Assembly (NCBI GenBank): GCA_000934665.2
Contig: JYFJ02000552.1
Span: 62,001 to 123,178 of the forward strand
Length of the DNA stretch: 61,178 bases
Direction of reading: 5' to 3'
From: Catajapyx aquilonaris
Taxonomy: Eukaryota
Below, one piece after another: positions 1 to 13,424 of this stretch; the stretch's first letter is position 1, and every line of letters begins with the position of its first letter. Under the pieces are notes generated by a model. That model did not search any database. It worked only from the letters and a program-made list of their open reading frames with translations, and was not told where the DNA came from. Position numbers and translations under genes: made by a program.

Positions 1-759
1 CCTTCTCTGAGCATGTTTATCCAATCAATCACCCTCGCTGTACTCGATTACGATGGCTAATTCGGACTGTTATCTTTACTCCACATGTTTATACCCGTAT
101 AGCGCACATCGTAACGTTCACCCTATGGGACACCCACAGAGGTCTGTTTATTTACAGAGCTATAATTTACGGTATCACCTGTGATTATATTCTCTGCAAT
201 GCAATGTGTCGTACACCAAGGAGATGATTCAGTATGTCGCCGCCCGCCTCTCTTTCATTTGAAAAATAAACCTAATGTACGGTACGGGGATGGAGTACAG
301 ACAAGTGACGGGTAAATGATCGTGTGAACGAAATGAAGTCCCGCATAGCTGTCAGGAACACATTCTGATGATAAAGCATTCTGATATGGTGAAGGAGTAT
401 GGTTTTTTCGGTTTTTTATACCGCCGATATAACTATAGGTATACGTATATCTTACCCTTAATTAAACTGGAAGCACAATCCAATAATAATAATGATAATG
501 TAATAAATACAGGTCATTATCGTATGACCTCAATATTGTCAACGGTTTCGTAAATATCACAAATCACCACTCCTCCTGCTTACATCAGCGGGAATTATAC
601 TTGACCAGTGAGAGCCAATCGAGAATGGTGATAAATTCCTTACAGGCCGCCGTCACATACACGGTAAGCAGTAAAACCTTAGAAGAGCATCACTGGTGAG
701 TCTCTCATGGAACATCAATTTTTTAATGCTCGCTCTTTACTTCTAATGCTCCTGCATTG

Positions 760-1133
760 AAGCTCTTGTGATACGTTCAATTGACTCCCGTCCCCATTTG
801 AACAGCTTACTCCAGAACTTGACCTTGTAGGCCGATGGTGCACCATCACCAAACACTGTTCTCATCCTTTCATGGATCTCCTTTGCTTGGTGTTTTCTGC
901 TCTTTTGTGAGGAACTTAATCACTGACCTATATGCTCCAAATCTACAACTTTCTTCGCAGAGAGGCAGGCACTATCACTTGACCCTGTCACTCTGAGGTT
1001 GAACAAGCTAATACTGTGCTATAATTTGGTGTGAGTCACCCCAAGACATATAATTATTTTGCTGTCTGTGCAAGTTCGGACTTGCACATCTACGCTTTCA
1101 TACTCAGGTAGATAAATTATTGAACCGCCCTCG
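760..1133 (-). mobile_element. Mariner transposon 5' fragment (TIR + N-terminal HTH remnant)
   Basis: Minus strand begins TA|CGAGGGCGGTTCAATAA (mariner-type TIR). It then encodes YRSVIKFLTKE..AKEIHERMRTVFGDGAPSAYKVKFWSKLFKWGRESIE, the typical mariner transposase N-terminus. Confidence 0.8.
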
Positions 1134-3119
1134 TATGTATGATATAACGAGGGAGCAAGTCATTCTTGATGTTCCTCGTTACCTATGCTGTAGGTGGCTT
1201 CACAGAAGGAACATCCGAACAGTCATGGAAGTAATTGTCTTACAATATAATCAGTGGTCTATCAGTTGCCACAGAATTACAAGGGGTAATAAAATTTTTG
1301 ACATGCTTTGGTCTATCTGCTCAAATTCTTGGTTCAGAGGGAGCCATAATTACGAGTACGTATGTACGTATGTACCGAGTAAGAAAGTGTCTTTGACTTT
1401 GAAGACTTGGAAATAAGTGGCATTCCAGATGTCAATAATACCAAGATGTGTATAAGTTAGTAGTCTATTTAATCAGGAAGGGGAGTAACACATCGAAGAA
1501 AACACAGCTCACAACACCCACACACAACCGGAGACGAATGCGAAGAGAGAAAGTTCTGACAGTGTACGTAAAGTCAGAATCCACAAGCTAATTACTATGA
1601 CGAATTCTCGTAGTTCTTGCCTCGTGAACTGTTATTTCGCATTTAGCAAAAACCAGATCCAAATTCCGGTAAATGACGGATCACACAATCATGATGTAAC
1701 AGCAGTCAGGCCAGCAGAAGGGCAGTGGAACTTGGCAGTACTCATGTTGTGGATCTTGATCTGAGCTCTGCGATGACATCTTACTGCAACGCAGCACTGA
1801 AGTAACTGACATATTACAGGGACCCTTTGCAGGAGCCATCCTTAAAAAATAATGTATAAATATTATTATGACAGAATCAGCTATCCACAACGGAGAAAAC
1901 ATGAAAACAGTCAAATAGGACGATGTCATTAAGATTTTCTGTGATTGATAGGCCTATTGTAAAGATGATCAATAAAATGTGGCCAGAAAAACAGACACGA
2001 TAATTCGTCAGAAGAATATTTACACAGGAGTGATATTATTAATTGATTTATTTGCATAATAACCTACCACCATATTATTATTATTATTATTTCCTTATAC
2101 GACAGCAAACCACTGTGCCCAGGAAAACTAAACATATTACCGGTACTCCATTTCCTTCTTCCAATGCAAATATGAATAGCTATACAATATTTCTATTCCA
2201 AAAGACGTCTCCACATCACATCTGATAAGGGGACTCAGACTTACGTGGTGAGCTAACTCCGGATATCAAAGCAAGCAAGTGACGATTTTGAACAAACGGC
2301 ACGACCACTGTGCTCCACGCAAGAGCTCGACCCTGGCCACAGGCCAGAGCAATACAGTAGCTCATATACGAGGCGCAAGGGAGACTTTCAAGACTGCGTT
2401 GCGTTGGTATAATTATACATACGTACATGGCGCTTGTCGTCTCTTTGCTTGTCGTCGCGCCTGTTCTTGTGTTGTTTGTAGTCAAATGAGGCAACATGAC
2501 TTTCTTATTCCAGATTAAACCTTGGATTGAACTGGTGTATATCGCATCACCATACGTCTGCGAGCCCTTTTCGAGTGTGTTAAACCCTTCAGAATATTTC
2601 CAAAGTATAACTTTATCAAAGCTTAATGGCCAAAATTGAGAAATAGTGTGGCGAAATAAAGCAACTGGCCTCCGAGTCATGCGACGTTTACATGTGCATT
2701 GTTAAAACGTTATTTAATGGACATTACTCGGTGATAGATATGTATCGAGTGAGATGGGTACGTACAGTTTATTTTGTGATTATCAGGCCTTAGTTTTTGT
2801 TCTGCTTTGTAATATGTATAGTGCAATAATTATTTCAGCAATGGTAGTTTAAGCCTTCCTTTTATTGTAATGACACTGGTACCGTAGGTCGTGTCAATAA
2901 ATATTTCAGTTCATAATATTATTATTTTCTAAGAGTAAGCAGATATGCATGACGTCAATTTGGTTTTCGCGTAGGCCAAGATGACCTCCGTGTATTACCA
3001 AATCCACCTGTCTGTATAATTATTCTCTATAGTGGCAATCATGGCACCGGTTAGTAGTTAGTTACTGGACTATACGAGTACGTACTGTACGCTTCGTACG
3101 TACGCAGTATGGGCCTACT

Positions 3120-4990
3120 CCAGATGCCGATCATCGTGATGACTCCTGATGGGTTTATCGTGCGGCCAAGGCAGTTCTTGGACAGCTTTTTTCGAGGCTT
3201 TTTTGCTTATGGAGTAGCCTCAGCCTCATTCTTGTGACAGACTGACATGCCGCATATAGGTTATGAGAATGTGCTGGGCACGTTCTGGCATTGCCTGAAG
3301 TGAAGAAAAGTATATCCTGGGATATACAGTGACACACAGGCCTTTCCTCTTCCTGCTTTTTCCAACAATCTAATCGATCAATGTACTGTACTTTACACTA
3401 CCGGTAGCTACTCATTTAGCCACGATGCCAATCAACATTCCCACTATAGCGCAGCAAGCGTTTCAAGATCCAACAATAACCCAGTCAATCTTGGGTACCG
3501 GTACTGTATACCGATCGCAACGTGCATGACTAGCTCACACAAGTCACAAAAACGTACAGTTATTATATTTCTCCGCACGCATGTACGAGTATAATGCTTT
3601 TTGCTGTGAAGACCCGATCGTGCCAACCCTCTTTCACGATCTCCAACAACCATAGCTCCACAAGAGACGACGCGACGTGACGGAACGAACGATGGCACAA
3701 GAAGCGGAGAGTATAACGCATGATTATGCTATTATATTGCTTAAAGGTCTCATGCTTGAAGCAATGATTGGCAACAGCAATAACAACTCATCCTCTCGCT
3801 GTACTTATACAAACGCCCTGCTTTATTTGCACACCACTAAATATTAAGTTGCTTGGACTCTGCGCTGACAAGTCTGTTAAAGATAACCTGTCATCCGATT
3901 TATTGAGTTGGACAAACCACAGATCAACAGCACATATTCGTTTTATGAAGCACTCAATCAACTGCAACCAACATATTATGCAGAAGATCGCTCCTCTATA
4001 TACCCTGCATGCTATGTATACCGCATTCCAGCAAGCAGATTTCTTTTTACATTGCCAGTTTGCAACCCGCCATCAGTTGTAGCTAAACTGTATATACATG
4101 GGCAGAGTCGTTTCTCGTTTCTGTACATACATTCGACCGTAGTGATGCCTGATGCACAAACTATAATGATCGAACGAGGTGCCATCGCCATCAACAGTGA
4201 CTCAAGACACCCATCCAACGTGCGAGCAAATTGAAAAATCGGCCTTAAGTACGTATAGAGCAGCAGGGAATGTTTATTTTTAAATAAAGATAACGTGGTT
4301 ATACAGATGAAGCTGAATGTATTTCACCTGACGGAATGCAAGGTTTGCGTGTGGTGGCATGAGGTTGACATGTGATTCTTGTTGTCATTCTCTGCATGCG
4401 GCTGATATAAAGCTCGACCATCACTCAGTAATTTAATATATCTTGACGCATAATGCCTTTTGCGGCAACCATTGGTAACTTTCCCTTATAATACCTCATC
4501 AATATTCATAGTATATAAAGTTATCTTCCCCTTTCATAAATATTGCTTTCCACATCACCAATTATTATTAGGCATCGTAAGTATATACCCTATATGAGAA
4601 TGGAGCTACTAAATTATTTTTACATGTGTTAAATGAGCAGTTATGGCATTGCTGTTACTCAAGAGACTTCAATCTCAGTTTTCCATAACCTCCTCAAATT
4701 TGATGAATGAATGACACCGTACTACTTGTTGTGTAAGTATGCACTGATGACACCTGATTGGGAACAAATATTTCTGGGAGTTGTGCAAGAGGGCTACCCT
4801 ATTAACATCCCGGTAAGTAAGTATTGTGTCATGATACATCATATAACAGTCGCTATTAAACAAATATATATTCTTTTGAGGGTCAAGGTGTTCTGCGCGT
4901 CTTTCTGCCCTCCGATCGATGATGCAAAGCCATCACAATGAAGAGGAATTAGAGCTGCCCAGGAGCTGCCCCACTGATGAAGGGCGGACT
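3120..4990 (-). pseudogene. Heavily decayed divergent ionotropic receptor relic
   Basis: Collinear minus-strand fragments match the intact IR: FISG (~4975), RVALLH (~4795; IR RVALFH), LWKTEIEV (~4680; GWKFKVEV), GDRERGLA (~3635; GDLMKGRA), GMLIGIVAK* (~3430; GSLIGIVAAW), SQDILFF and VPSTFS* (~3320-3265; YQEAVFSF, LPRTFSE). Many stops and frameshifts. Confidence 0.65.
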
Positions 4991-5472
4991 CTCCCTGTGT
5001 CCTCAACGCATTTATTTTGGTACAACACAGAATATTTACCGTGCAACACGTCGTCCTGCTCGAATTACCCTACATGAAAAGACCAAGCAAAGAGACTGGA
5101 ACCTCGAGCATAATATTTTGTATAACTTACAGTATAATTATTGGAATGCTACGGAAAAAAGAAGTTATGTGGTAATAGCTAATCAGTCTCAGAAAAATCC
5201 TGATACGCAGTCAGGGCGAATGTCGTCCATGCTGGAGTTTTTAAACATATATACAGAAGCCCTGCTTCTGGGAATGCAGAATCACTGCGGTCATGCCGAC
5301 TTCCTGCGAAGGGAAATGCTTTGTGCAAAAGCCAAGGCAGCCAGCACATCTCATTTTTCGCTGTTTTGTGCAAATGCGATAATTATTGGCAGAATAATTT
5401 TTAGAACCTTACTTGGTCGCGGGCCAGTTCATTTTACATGCATATAGGTCTGTATGACTCATCTCACATTTA

Positions 5473-5622
5473 AGCCGCGTTTACATGTGAGCGATTTGAC
5501 GAGCGAAGCGGAGAGAAATCGTATAGCCGAAGCTGAAATCATCAATCGATTTTCGCCTCAAACAGTATTGGTTACTTGCTATGTGTTACTTGCGATCAAA
5601 TCGCTCACCTGTAAACGCACCT
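5473..5622. mobile_element. Small PIF/Harbinger-like MITE
   Basis: Imperfect terminal inverted repeats GCCGCGTTTACATGTGAGCGATTTGA ... TCAAATCGCTCACCTGTAAACGCACC with TAA/TTA flanks. Confidence 0.55.
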
Positions 5623-5941
5623 TATAGTGCGAGGTGTGGTGAATGTGAAGTTATTTATTACGCTATATTTTATCATTCATGTGCAGTAAATTGTTCAATA
5701 TGTAAAAGAATATTTTTCGAGGAAACCAATCCTGATGGCGATGGTGGCCCTATATCCAACCATATAGGAACTCTCCCAGAGCGGGATTTATTCCCCGATA
5801 ACACATTCACATTAATTGTTATACAGCTCTGATGGTTGTACGTATTATACAGGGACAGTAAGCCCTATACCTGTATAGCAAATATACTATGCATTCTTGA
5901 AATACGTACATATACAGTTCCTGTATCTCACAGCAATAAAT

Positions 5942-6198
5942 TGAGGGGCTCTGTGCAACATAGTCCTATGCCACATCTGGTTCATTTCGAGATATAATGA
6001 AGGATTTAGCTTCTCACATCCCAGGCATAACATCACATAGGATCCGATAAGACTACTTCCCGTATACCCACACCATCTGTTGATGGACCGGGACAATTTT
6101 AACTCAGATGCTGTAGCATGTCTTTGGGGATCTATATATGGCCTTAACTCATTTCGTCAGAAAATGTGGCATAGGACTATGTTGCACAGAGCCCCTCA
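5942..6198. mobile_element. MITE with 35-bp perfect terminal inverted repeats (Harbinger-like)
   Basis: TGAGGGGCTCTGTGCAACATAGTCCTATGCCACAT at 5942-5976, with its exact reverse complement at 6164-6198. TSD not cleanly preserved. Confidence 0.7.
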
Positions 6199-8428
6199 TG
6201 GTGCAGAGAACATAATAAGAAGCATTTTTTTACAACTTTTTCATAACGCGGTGAGACATGACCCGTCCACACACGATGGTATAATTATAGAGCACACGTT
6301 TATTTCATCAGTAATGAGGGCTGAAATCACAACTATAAAGTTTTTGGTGGGAAAAAGATTACATGAACTCCGCCAAAAGCATCCGATTATGTAATTTCCT
6401 CATGTATGCCTCACATTAACTGACATTTTTTCTATTATTATGTGCTAAAATAATAGATGGAACAAATGTCAAAAATAGAACATTTGCAAAATGTCACTGT
6501 GAAAACATACATGCCGATATTGCAGTACAACATTCGACTGAAGTAAGAGTAGCCTTATAGTCTATAATATTATATTGTAGTTGTATTCTCACATCGCAAA
6601 CTTGATTCACTCTCAAGCATGCCTCAAAATACCATTCTCAAAGGCAAACAATGTACTACTAACTATACGTATAATATATAGACTTACATCAGTATCACTG
6701 TTCAATATATAGTTATCTACATATCCATAATTGGGGATGTTTGTGAGTTTGTTTGTTCGCTATATATATCAATACATAAATCCAGAGGAATGGTCCTACA
6801 CCGCCTAAACACGGAATGGTTCAGTATATACACATACTATATACTATGTGGTTGTTGTCTCAATCATGTCACCAGTCTCATCATTATTACGAGGTATATC
6901 TATTATATCCTCAACGTGGATCTATCCAGTCACCATAGGATTCGTAGGTCTTATAAATGGCCAGGTGTGCGTATCTCGCGTACCTGGCCATTGCTGGCTA
7001 CTCCGTAATAGTTAGTGCCGTGATATGAAGGATTAATTAATTACCACTATCAATCAAGGTTTAACCCTTCTCTTATAATATTATAGCATACTAGCAGATT
7101 TATAGAGAGAGAGCTTGTTATTTAAATGGGAAGGAGCCAAAGGCTCTCTAACTATAAGAATAAACACATTCTGTATATGGGACAGATATGGAGATCGTAT
7201 AGACTATAGAAGCAGGCCTATACAAAGACCTGTCCGGCTTGGGTGGCCCTTCCAGCACACAAACCAATGACCGATGTATATAGCTCCAAAACAGCATCAG
7301 CAGGACAGGGTGGAGATACCCCCAGGGAGATATTTTATAGTTGAGAAAAGATCTTGCCTTGTCAAATATACACCTTAAAGCATAGACCTCTCTGTACTAC
7401 GATGTAAACATGCCTTTTCACATTACGAGCACTATTATAATAAATCAAAGGTATGTCCTGCTGCCAATGAAAACGCTTATCTCAACATTTGCGTCAAAAC
7501 CTTCTTAGACCCGTATATCCTTGTTTCTTATTCTCTCTTTAGTTTTAAACTGAATCTCTGTTTCTGTAAATATTTCAGGCATTTATTTAAATATTGGACA
7601 AAACCTCGCCCTTTGTTATTAATTTCGTTTATTAATACCACCTAGTGCAGACTATTATTGCTGCTGTAGGCAAAAGTGCGACGTTTTCCGTTCAAAATGA
7701 GTCTTCCAGCCACCTTCTTTGTATTGAAAATGGCGATTATAAGCGAGAATTAGGAAGAAATTCAGACATTTCGCCTTCTACTGCGGTATCGTCAAAGTGA
7801 TGCAATTTTACTTGGTTATTAGGACCACGATCAGCACTCATTGCGCGATTATAATTATTATCACTATATAGTTAGAAGTATATAGGCGAACATGGCGAAG
7901 TCCGTTGTAGTAGGTAGACATCAGTTGTATAAAAATGAATGTTCACTATTCACTTGTTCTAAGGCTGATGGATCTTATATCTTGTTTTACCTTCGTCACC
8001 TGCGATATTTATGCAGTATATACACCCTTCTCAAAGGTATACTTTCTTAGTAATGTCTTATCATTATATGGCTAACAAAAAGGATGGAAATACACAACTA
8101 TTAATCTGTCCACGACATGCATTCAATGGTCCGAAAAAATCTGCGAATAAATACATCGCACACCACTCCCTATACAGTATATTAATCAGAATTGCACTAT
8201 CATAAATATGTTATTATTTTATGGAAAGAAAATTAGAAGCAACGAATATTTAAGCCAAGCTACTACTTCGCTCAACATTGTTTTCGCAACAATCACGTAT
8301 ATTAATGTGCCTCCAATTACTCACTGAGGTCATGCTATAAGTTAATCAGTGTGATTGTTATCATTTGTGGAAGCGATTTTCAACAACTGTATTATAAATG
8401 AGGCGTGAGTTGTTGAACGAGGTATATA

Positions 8429-9405
8429 AGAGGGCTGTCCAAAAAGTATCATACCTTTATTTTTTTTCGCGGAAACATAATTATGAAGTACGGGAGGTGT
8501 CCTCTGGTGGATAATATGTAGGTGTGGAGTACCTTCATGAGTATTCGTGAATTTCTTTCCCGCCCCCAGAGAGAGAGTCAGTCGCTGGCAGTCAGCCCTT
8601 TATAGTGACCGAGGGTATACTATAGGCCACCGCCGGATTTTCATTTTCCCGCGAAAATGACGGAACGACATGAACAGCGGTACGACCCACGACTCATCAG
8701 CCATCAGTCATCATGGTGTTCAGGAAGTCGGGGTCACCGTTTGGGGAATCCAGAATGTACTGCGAGACAACTTCCAGACGGAGTTGCTTCTGCTCCGGCC
8801 GTCTGAAGCTTCTGACTTTCTCGGACACACTCCTCAATAAGGCCAAATTATCCCTCAAAATCAATTACTATACAGAGCTAATGATTATATCCACCTCGTC
8901 CTCAAGTTCTCGGACTGTGACACGACAGTCCTGATGCATGACCCAAGTCAGCACTTGGTCAATGACCTCGTCATTTCGGCTTGTTGAGGGCTTGTCGAAA
9001 CGTGCGAGTCGCATTCCACTTATTTTCGGCCATCTTTGAAATCGTTGTACCACTTCTGAATATGTGTGATGCCCATAACATCATCTCCGAAAGCCTGCTG
9101 AATCTTCCGAATGGTTTCCAGCGTATTGCCAGGCATTAATGCAAAAATTTGATGAAGCACCTCCGTCCAAGTTGGTTCCGTCATTTTCGCGGGAAAATGA
9201 AAATCCGACGGTGGCCTATAGTATAGGCCTATACATACCCTCCTGCACTAAAAGGCTGACTGCCAGCGACTGCTCTGGGGGCGGGAAAAAATTCACGAAT
9301 ACTCATGAAGGTACTCCACACCTATATACCCACCAGAGGACACCTCCCGTACCTCATTTGTTTCCGCGAAAAAATAAAGGTAGAACACTTTTTGGACAGC
9401 CCTCG
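8429..9405 (-). mobile_element. Non-autonomous mariner derivative with ~235-bp inverted arms
   Basis: TA-flanked ends (A/C)GAGGGCTGTCCAAAAAGT; arms ~8429-8666 and ~9174-9405 are inverted copies. Internal minus-strand transposase remnants: ETIRKIQQAFGDD..KWYNDFKDGR, KPSTSRNDEVIDQV..DCRVTVRELEDEV, DPDFLNTMMT..DESWV. Confidence 0.85.
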
Positions 9406-11008
9406 TATACTCTGTTATTTATAATTATATGTCCTTAAGCCGACGAAAAGGTCACATAATATACTCTGATATTCAGGTATAAGGCCAAGGGTATATATGG
9501 AGGACTTTGGCTCGCCGATTACTTATTGCGATTATAGTAACTTGTTGTTGTGAAGTGTGCGTATATATGGATTTTCTGGAACGCCAGATGTGGCCATTGT
9601 AGTCAACCTTATTTAGACATGCAGTAATATTCCTACAATATTACGAACATTAATATAGTTGATTTGAAAGGAACAAAAAAATAAAGACATTGCTCCACAG
9701 TGCAGAACTTGGTGCAGAATATTTATAGGCAACACTCAATAATTTAAAACCATTGAGAGCAAAAGAATACTCGAGGAACTGACGCTCACGCGGCAGAAGA
9801 TGGCAAGATGCAAGAGTCAGGGATCCTCTATAAAAAAGAAACTTCTCTTGACCAGTACACGGTGACTGTGTACGTATACAGTATAATCTGACACCTCGAA
9901 CTGGGGCAGAAAGATACAAAAATAACAACTTCGGGCTGATTTCAATCACTATAAGTTTAACACACTGTACTTACATGGAGTTAGTGTTTCAACAACAGAT
10001 GCCTTTTATATAGTGGTTAGCCTTCTTTATACTATGCTGCTTATACTGCTTAGGACCTTTGGTTGAAGTCATGAATATTAGAAGTCGAGAGCTACTCTAT
10101 ACTGCAGTCCATAATATGAGCAGCTGACATCAAGTTGAATAGATGCATCGTATAATTTTAACCACTGAATGAGGATAATTATTATGGCCTGCGAACATGC
10201 ATCCATCCCTATATCTCCGAGATTTAATATCTCATGCACAGATAATAATCGTTGAAATTTGGGACCTGAAATTTTAATGTTCAAAGAAAATTATATTAGA
10301 AGAATTAGAAGATCCTGATTTCGAATTTCCCCGAAAAGTAATTCTGCAAAATAACCGAATAAAAAGCAGCTTATTTCCTAGACTGCTACGCATTTCGAAT
10401 GAAAGTAATATTTTATTCGGAAATCAAATGCGTCATGATCAGTTCACATTTGAGGGATTTTATTCGTTTTCTATCATTTTTCCTGAATTTTGCAAGGGGT
10501 CTGTAATTACTCCATCAGGCATCAGCTGACTACCATTTTGGGAATCATGTGTCAAGAACACTGCCCAACTCAGTTTGACTATATCACTGACATGATCTTC
10601 ACAGGCCCGCCTATACCTGCGCGAGGCCTCATAGTTTGTTGGTGCAACTATTTTCCACACTCTCCTATATATATGCAGTACACTAGGTACTAAATAATGC
10701 CTTACTCCTCGGTACATCTTGATAACTAGTCGTTACACCTTATAAATAAGGCGCAATTTCGCCGAATTTAGTGATATATTATTAACTATCGTAGAGAGGC
10801 CTTGCCGCCAATTAAAGCTACTTCCATCACTTAGGTACCATTGTTTTCTAAGGCGCTATCACGACGCTACCACGAGCATGCTCCCAGAAGCAGAGTAGGC
10901 TACTTACTAATTCAGTTATATATGGACACCTGCAGACATACGCTCGACTGCTGACCAGTAGGCTACTCGCAGTGTCACATCGTCTGGGGACAGAACCAGA
11001 AGGTGCAC

Positions 11009-13027
11009 ATGCAGGAGTGCAGAATGTGCACGCCCTTGTACGCCACAATCGCATTTGCCATTGCGTTTCGGCCGTCCACGCAGTTCGTACAAGACGAAGC
11101 AGCTCTCGAAGGAGACTTCATTAGTGGACTCGTGTCTCAGGTGCTCCCAAAGTGCAGTCTGGTCATTTCACACGACTTTGATCACCTACCGCCCGGGCTC
11201 AGCGCAGTGATGAAGAACATGAGTGACCACTACCGGTTCGCGCTGACCTTTCGACCTCCGGAGTGGTTCGTGGTTCCCTCGCACAAGAGTGTGAGGGACC
11301 TGTGGGACTGGTTCGAGAGGAGGAAGAAGGCCGGTGAGTGCGTGGTGCACTTGGTGACTAGTGACACTCTGGAGGGCTTCAGGAGGGTCGCTCTCTTCCA
11401 CGCATTCACCATCGCCGTTGAGTCCTTCAGGGACTACTTCGTCATCTGGGTCAGGGAATCATCGTCCAAGCATCAGGCGCTGCTGAAGGAAGTGTCCAGA
11501 GGGTGGAAGTTCAAGGTCGAGGTGCAACGTAGCCGTACGCACCAGGCCACGCTGGAGCTGCACACCCTGTGCTTCTATTGCAATAACGGAAAACCGACGG
11601 TCGAGTTACAGGGCAGGTATCCCAAAGAGGTGTCAATGACCTCAAAAGCAATTTTTCCAGACATGACACTCAATTTAGGTGGCCAGCATGTCAGAATACC
11701 TTTCCACAGAGAGATAAGGGACCATGATGTAATGCGTAAATTGGAACAAGTCGGACTTTGGAACTTGGATTTCGAGGAAATTGTCCTCTACGTTGTCGGA
11801 AGCCATCTGAATTACAGATGGAACTGCTACTTGAAGGAGATCACTCCTCAGGAGATGTACCGAAGCCGACTGGAAAACGGAAGTTGGATAGGGACCTTCG
11901 GAGACTTAATGAAGGGTCGGGCCGAATTCCTAGCCTACGGCCTTTACCAAGCGGACGCCATGACCCACGTCAACTTCGCGGTTCCATATGGCTACTCTGG
12001 TATTGAATTCGTAACCGCGCATGCCGGTCCCATCTGGTCCTGGAAGACCATATTCTGGCCGTACCAGGGCTCCGTGTGGCTGTGCATCTCGTTTGGGTCC
12101 CTGATCGGAATAGTGGCTGCCTGGTTCCTCCTCAAACCCAGACTAGGCTTTGTCCAGGACTGTCCTTCCGACCCGTTTCTCTTCGCCTGTCAATACCTTC
12201 TCCAGTCCTTCCTGGAGCAGCTGCCCAACAGACCTGTCCCATCTTCGAACGCGTTCCGGGTGTTTGTCGCCTTCTGGCTCTTCTTCGCCATGGTCATCAC
12301 CTGCGGATACCAGGAGGCTGTCTTCTCCTTCGTGGCCATCCCCACAAAGGAGACCTTGCCCAGGACATTTTCAGAGTTGCTGTCACATCAGTATCAGATC
12401 GGAGCCGAGGTGTTGAATGGTTTTGTGTACGCCGTCGCCATCCAAGACGTCGACATCCCGAAGCACCAGGCCATCAAGGATAAGCTTCACATGTACCAGA
12501 CCTACGAGGAGTGTTTCCAGAGTTGCCTGGAAGCCAAAGCAGCCTGCCTAGGGCTGACGGCCTTCATGGTCATGGAGATCTGGAAGTACGCGGACCAATC
12601 CGGTCACATTCCGTACCTGTCAGGCTCGGAGGTTGCCCTCAACTTGTACACCGGCGTGGTCTTCCCCAAAGACCACCCTGCATTCTTCACTGCTCACAAG
12701 GCATCATTCCGCGGGTTTGAGTCTTATCTGCACGACCACTACAGGAATATGGTGGCTCACAGGAACCACCTTGCCTCCCTTCGAGCCCTGCGCAACCATC
12801 AGCGCCAGAATGTCCTGGAGGAATTGGGGGACGACGAAGAGGAAGAGAGGAAGCCCCTGACCACCAAGAAACTGTACGGTCCCTTCGGTCTGATTGTTGC
12901 AGGGTGGATCATCAGCATCGTCGCCATGGGCTACGAAATTCTGACCAAGAAGGGAATGAAGTATTGCCGAGACTGTCGACTGCGAAGGAAGAAAGTCTTC
13001 GTTCCCAAGTACGGTTTCCTCAAATAG
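11009..13027 (+). CDS. Divergent ionotropic receptor (IR, iGluR-related chemoreceptor), intronless
   Basis: ~672-aa ORF with N-terminal hydrophobic signal, S1 motif ENGSWIGTFGDLMKGRAE, pre-M1 IFWPYQGSVWL, M2 RVFVAFWLFFAMVITCGYQEAVFSFVAIP, LPRTFSELL, and pre-M3 PLTTKKLYGPFGLIVAGWIISIVAMGYE. First ATG at 11009, alternative at 11024. Confidence 0.92.
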   Translation: MQECRMCTPLYATIAFAIAFRPSTQFVQDEAALEGDFISGLVSQVLPKCSLVISHDFDHLPPGLSAVMKNMSDHYRFALTFRPPEWFVVPSHKSVRDLWDWFERRKKAGECVVHLVTSDTLEGFRRVALFHAFTIAVESFRDYFVIWVRESSSKHQALLKEVSRGWKFKVEVQRSRTHQATLELHTLCFYCNNGKPTVELQGRYPKEVSMTSKAIFPDMTLNLGGQHVRIPFHREIRDHDVMRKLEQVGLWNLDFEEIVLYVVGSHLNYRWNCYLKEITPQEMYRSRLENGSWIGTFGDLMKGRAEFLAYGLYQADAMTHVNFAVPYGYSGIEFVTAHAGPIWSWKTIFWPYQGSVWLCISFGSLIGIVAAWFLLKPRLGFVQDCPSDPFLFACQYLLQSFLEQLPNRPVPSSNAFRVFVAFWLFFAMVITCGYQEAVFSFVAIPTKETLPRTFSELLSHQYQIGAEVLNGFVYAVAIQDVDIPKHQAIKDKLHMYQTYEECFQSCLEAKAACLGLTAFMVMEIWKYADQSGHIPYLSGSEVALNLYTGVVFPKDHPAFFTAHKASFRGFESYLHDHYRNMVAHRNHLASLRALRNHQRQNVLEELGDDEEEERKPLTTKKLYGPFGLIVAGWIISIVAMGYEILTKKGMKYCRDCRLRRKKVFVPKYGFLK

Positions 13028-13424
13028 ACAGTTCACCTGTATAAGACAATATACACCACGACGCAAATTTTTGTTTTTCGTTTTGATGACTGACTATAGC
13101 ACTAACTTGTAAGTATTAGTAATAGTTAATAATTTACACTTTAGATCCTTGGTGTGCAAAACGATGCACACAAAAAGCCACGTTTCGGATTTTTAAAAAT
13201 TGAATTGCACATTGTATTATACGGAGCCTTATTGTCGCGTATCTGCTGCTGTCAAGCCAGTTTTCTACCAAAGCAGTGACACTCTTCTATTTTCAAAAAT
13301 GGGGGGAAAGGTAACGCAATCTGCAAACGTCGCATCCTCACATCTCGAACCCAGGATATATTGGAAGAAGTCTCTCATTGTCCTGCACCTCAGGAAATTG
13401 CTTTCTCTCAGTGCTTTATCGTAC

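Noticed and set aside
1440..2560. Solo-LTR-like stretches with ATTAAA signals (~1450-1560 and ~2400-2560)
   Set aside because: No TG..CA ends, TSD or paired copy could be identified.
7225..7325. Fragment resembling RTE-type LINE 5'UTRs, which can carry HDV-like ribozymes
   Set aside because: Resemblance is from memory only; too short and degraded to fold or classify, with no adjacent ORF.
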